Part shown: positions 63,208 to 64,000 of the stretch, piece after piece
Layout of the letters: each line of letters opens with the position of its first letter
Position numbering within the stretch: the first letter of the stretch is position 1
DNA from: an uncultured delta proteobacterium
Lineage (GTDB): Bacteria; Myxococcota_A; Polyangia; Polyangiales; Polyangiaceae
DNA: 64,000 nt
Reading direction: 5' to 3'
Assembly (NCBI GenBank): GCA_963782055.1
Contig: CAWAIF010000003.1
Span: forward strand, 4,096,001-4,160,000
Program-made: the position numbers and the translations under genes
Notes under the pieces: generated by a model
What the model was told of the DNA's origin: nothing
Databases searched by the model: none
Seen by the model: the letters and a program-made list of their open reading frames with translations, nothing else

Positions 63208-64000
63208 ATGGCTCGCGGCCATCGTCGGTGGCGTGGTGTGCTCGTCGCGCTCTCGCTCGCCTCCGGGCTCGCGCCGGCGTGCGGCGGACGGACCGGGCTG
63301 CTCGCGCCCGCCGGACCGGAGGACGGCGGGCCGGACGCCGACGCCGGACAGGACCAGTCCGCCGACGTGCCGGTCGACGCGCCCGCCGACGCGCCGGCCG
63401 ACGTCCCGGTGGATGTCCCCGCCGACGTGCCGATCGACGTCCCGGTCGACGCGCCCGTCGACGCGCCCCCGCTCGTCCAGGGCTGCGCCGACGGCCAGCG
63501 GGAGGGCTTCGTCGACGACGAGACCTTCCCCGACATCGCCGGCTGCTCCGGGGGGTGGTCCGTCCCCGGCGTGATGCCCTTCAACCCCGGCACCGCGCCC
63601 GACTGCCCTTCCATCAAGACGTTCGACACCGTGACCCCCGCGTGCAACCGGCAGGGCGGCGACGACGGCCCCAATCCGAACGGCGCCGGCTGCGACGTCG
63701 CCGATCTCTGCCAGGCCGGCTGGCACGTGTGCGAGAGCTCGGACGACGTGACGAAGCACTCCCCGAGCGGCTGCACGGGCGCGACGAAGAACGGCAATCC
63801 CTCGCGCTTCTTCGTCACGCGGCAGTCGAGCAACGGCTGCGCCCTCTGCGCCACCGGCGGCGGCAGCGGCAGCAACTGCAACGGCGCGAGCTGCACGCCG
63901 GGCTGCGCCGAGAGCGCGCGGACCACCAACGACCTGTTCGGGTGCGGCAACTTCGGGCAGCCGAACCCCGACCTCACCTGCAATCCGCTCGACCGCTACT
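63208..64000 (+). CDS. Cys-rich lipoprotein (3'-truncated by window; absent from ORF track)
   Basis: MARGHRRWRGVLVALSLASGLAPAC lipobox; D[AV]P[AVI] x9 linker; GCADGQREG..IAGCSGGW..ADLCQAGWHVC; frame open to the window end. Confidence 0.85.
   Translation, partial: MARGHRRWRGVLVALSLASGLAPACGGRTGLLAPAGPEDGGPDADAGQDQSADVPVDAPADAPADVPVDVPADVPIDVPVDAPVDAPPLVQGCADGQREGFVDDETFPDIAGCSGGWSVPGVMPFNPGTAPDCPSIKTFDTVTPACNRQGGDDGPNPNGAGCDVADLCQAGWHVCESSDDVTKHSPSGCTGATKNGNPSRFFVTRQSSNGCALCATGGGSGSNCNGASCTPGCAESARTTNDLFGCGNFGQPNPDLTCNPLDRY
63364..63470 (+). repeat. Imperfect 12-bp coding tandem repeat (D-[AV]-P-[AVI]) x9
   Basis: GACGTGCCGGTC / GACGCGCCCGCC type units. Confidence 0.8.

Overview
Very GC-rich (about 70%+ by eye), densely coding chromosomal segment, almost certainly from a myxobacterium (Polyangiaceae/Labilithrix-like). 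This is inferred from the many Cys-rich lipoproteins with acidic D-A-G linkers, a kinase-AAA-TPR fusion and an FGE-domain protein. There are about 55 genes. Housekeeping and metabolism: pdhA-pdhB-pdhC, lipA, mtnA, hbd/crt-type CoA enzymes, an acyl-CoA dehydrogenase, GH15 and GH1. Signalling and motility: a cold-shock protein, a PAS hybrid kinase, a Ser/Thr kinase-AAA-TPR protein, and a PilT with a duplicated N-terminal domain. Also present are a split yeaH...spoVR locus without prkA, followed by a HEPN-like gene; a large ArnT/PMT-type glycosyltransferase; an OPT transporter; a di-haem beta-propeller protein; a planctomycete-type DUF1549/1553 + DUF1501 pair; and an N-terminally truncated PrmC-like methyltransferase. 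The right end is partly decayed, with a frameshifted ORF, a ~580-bp palindromic hexamer-repeat element and an IgGFc-binding-domain fragment. The most striking window-wide signal is a TANNNT (-10) box 6-7 nt before the start codon of at least 12 genes, suggesting pervasive leaderless transcription. I saw no rRNA, tRNA, CRISPR array, integrase or transposase. All family assignments come from motif recognition by eye, not database searches.
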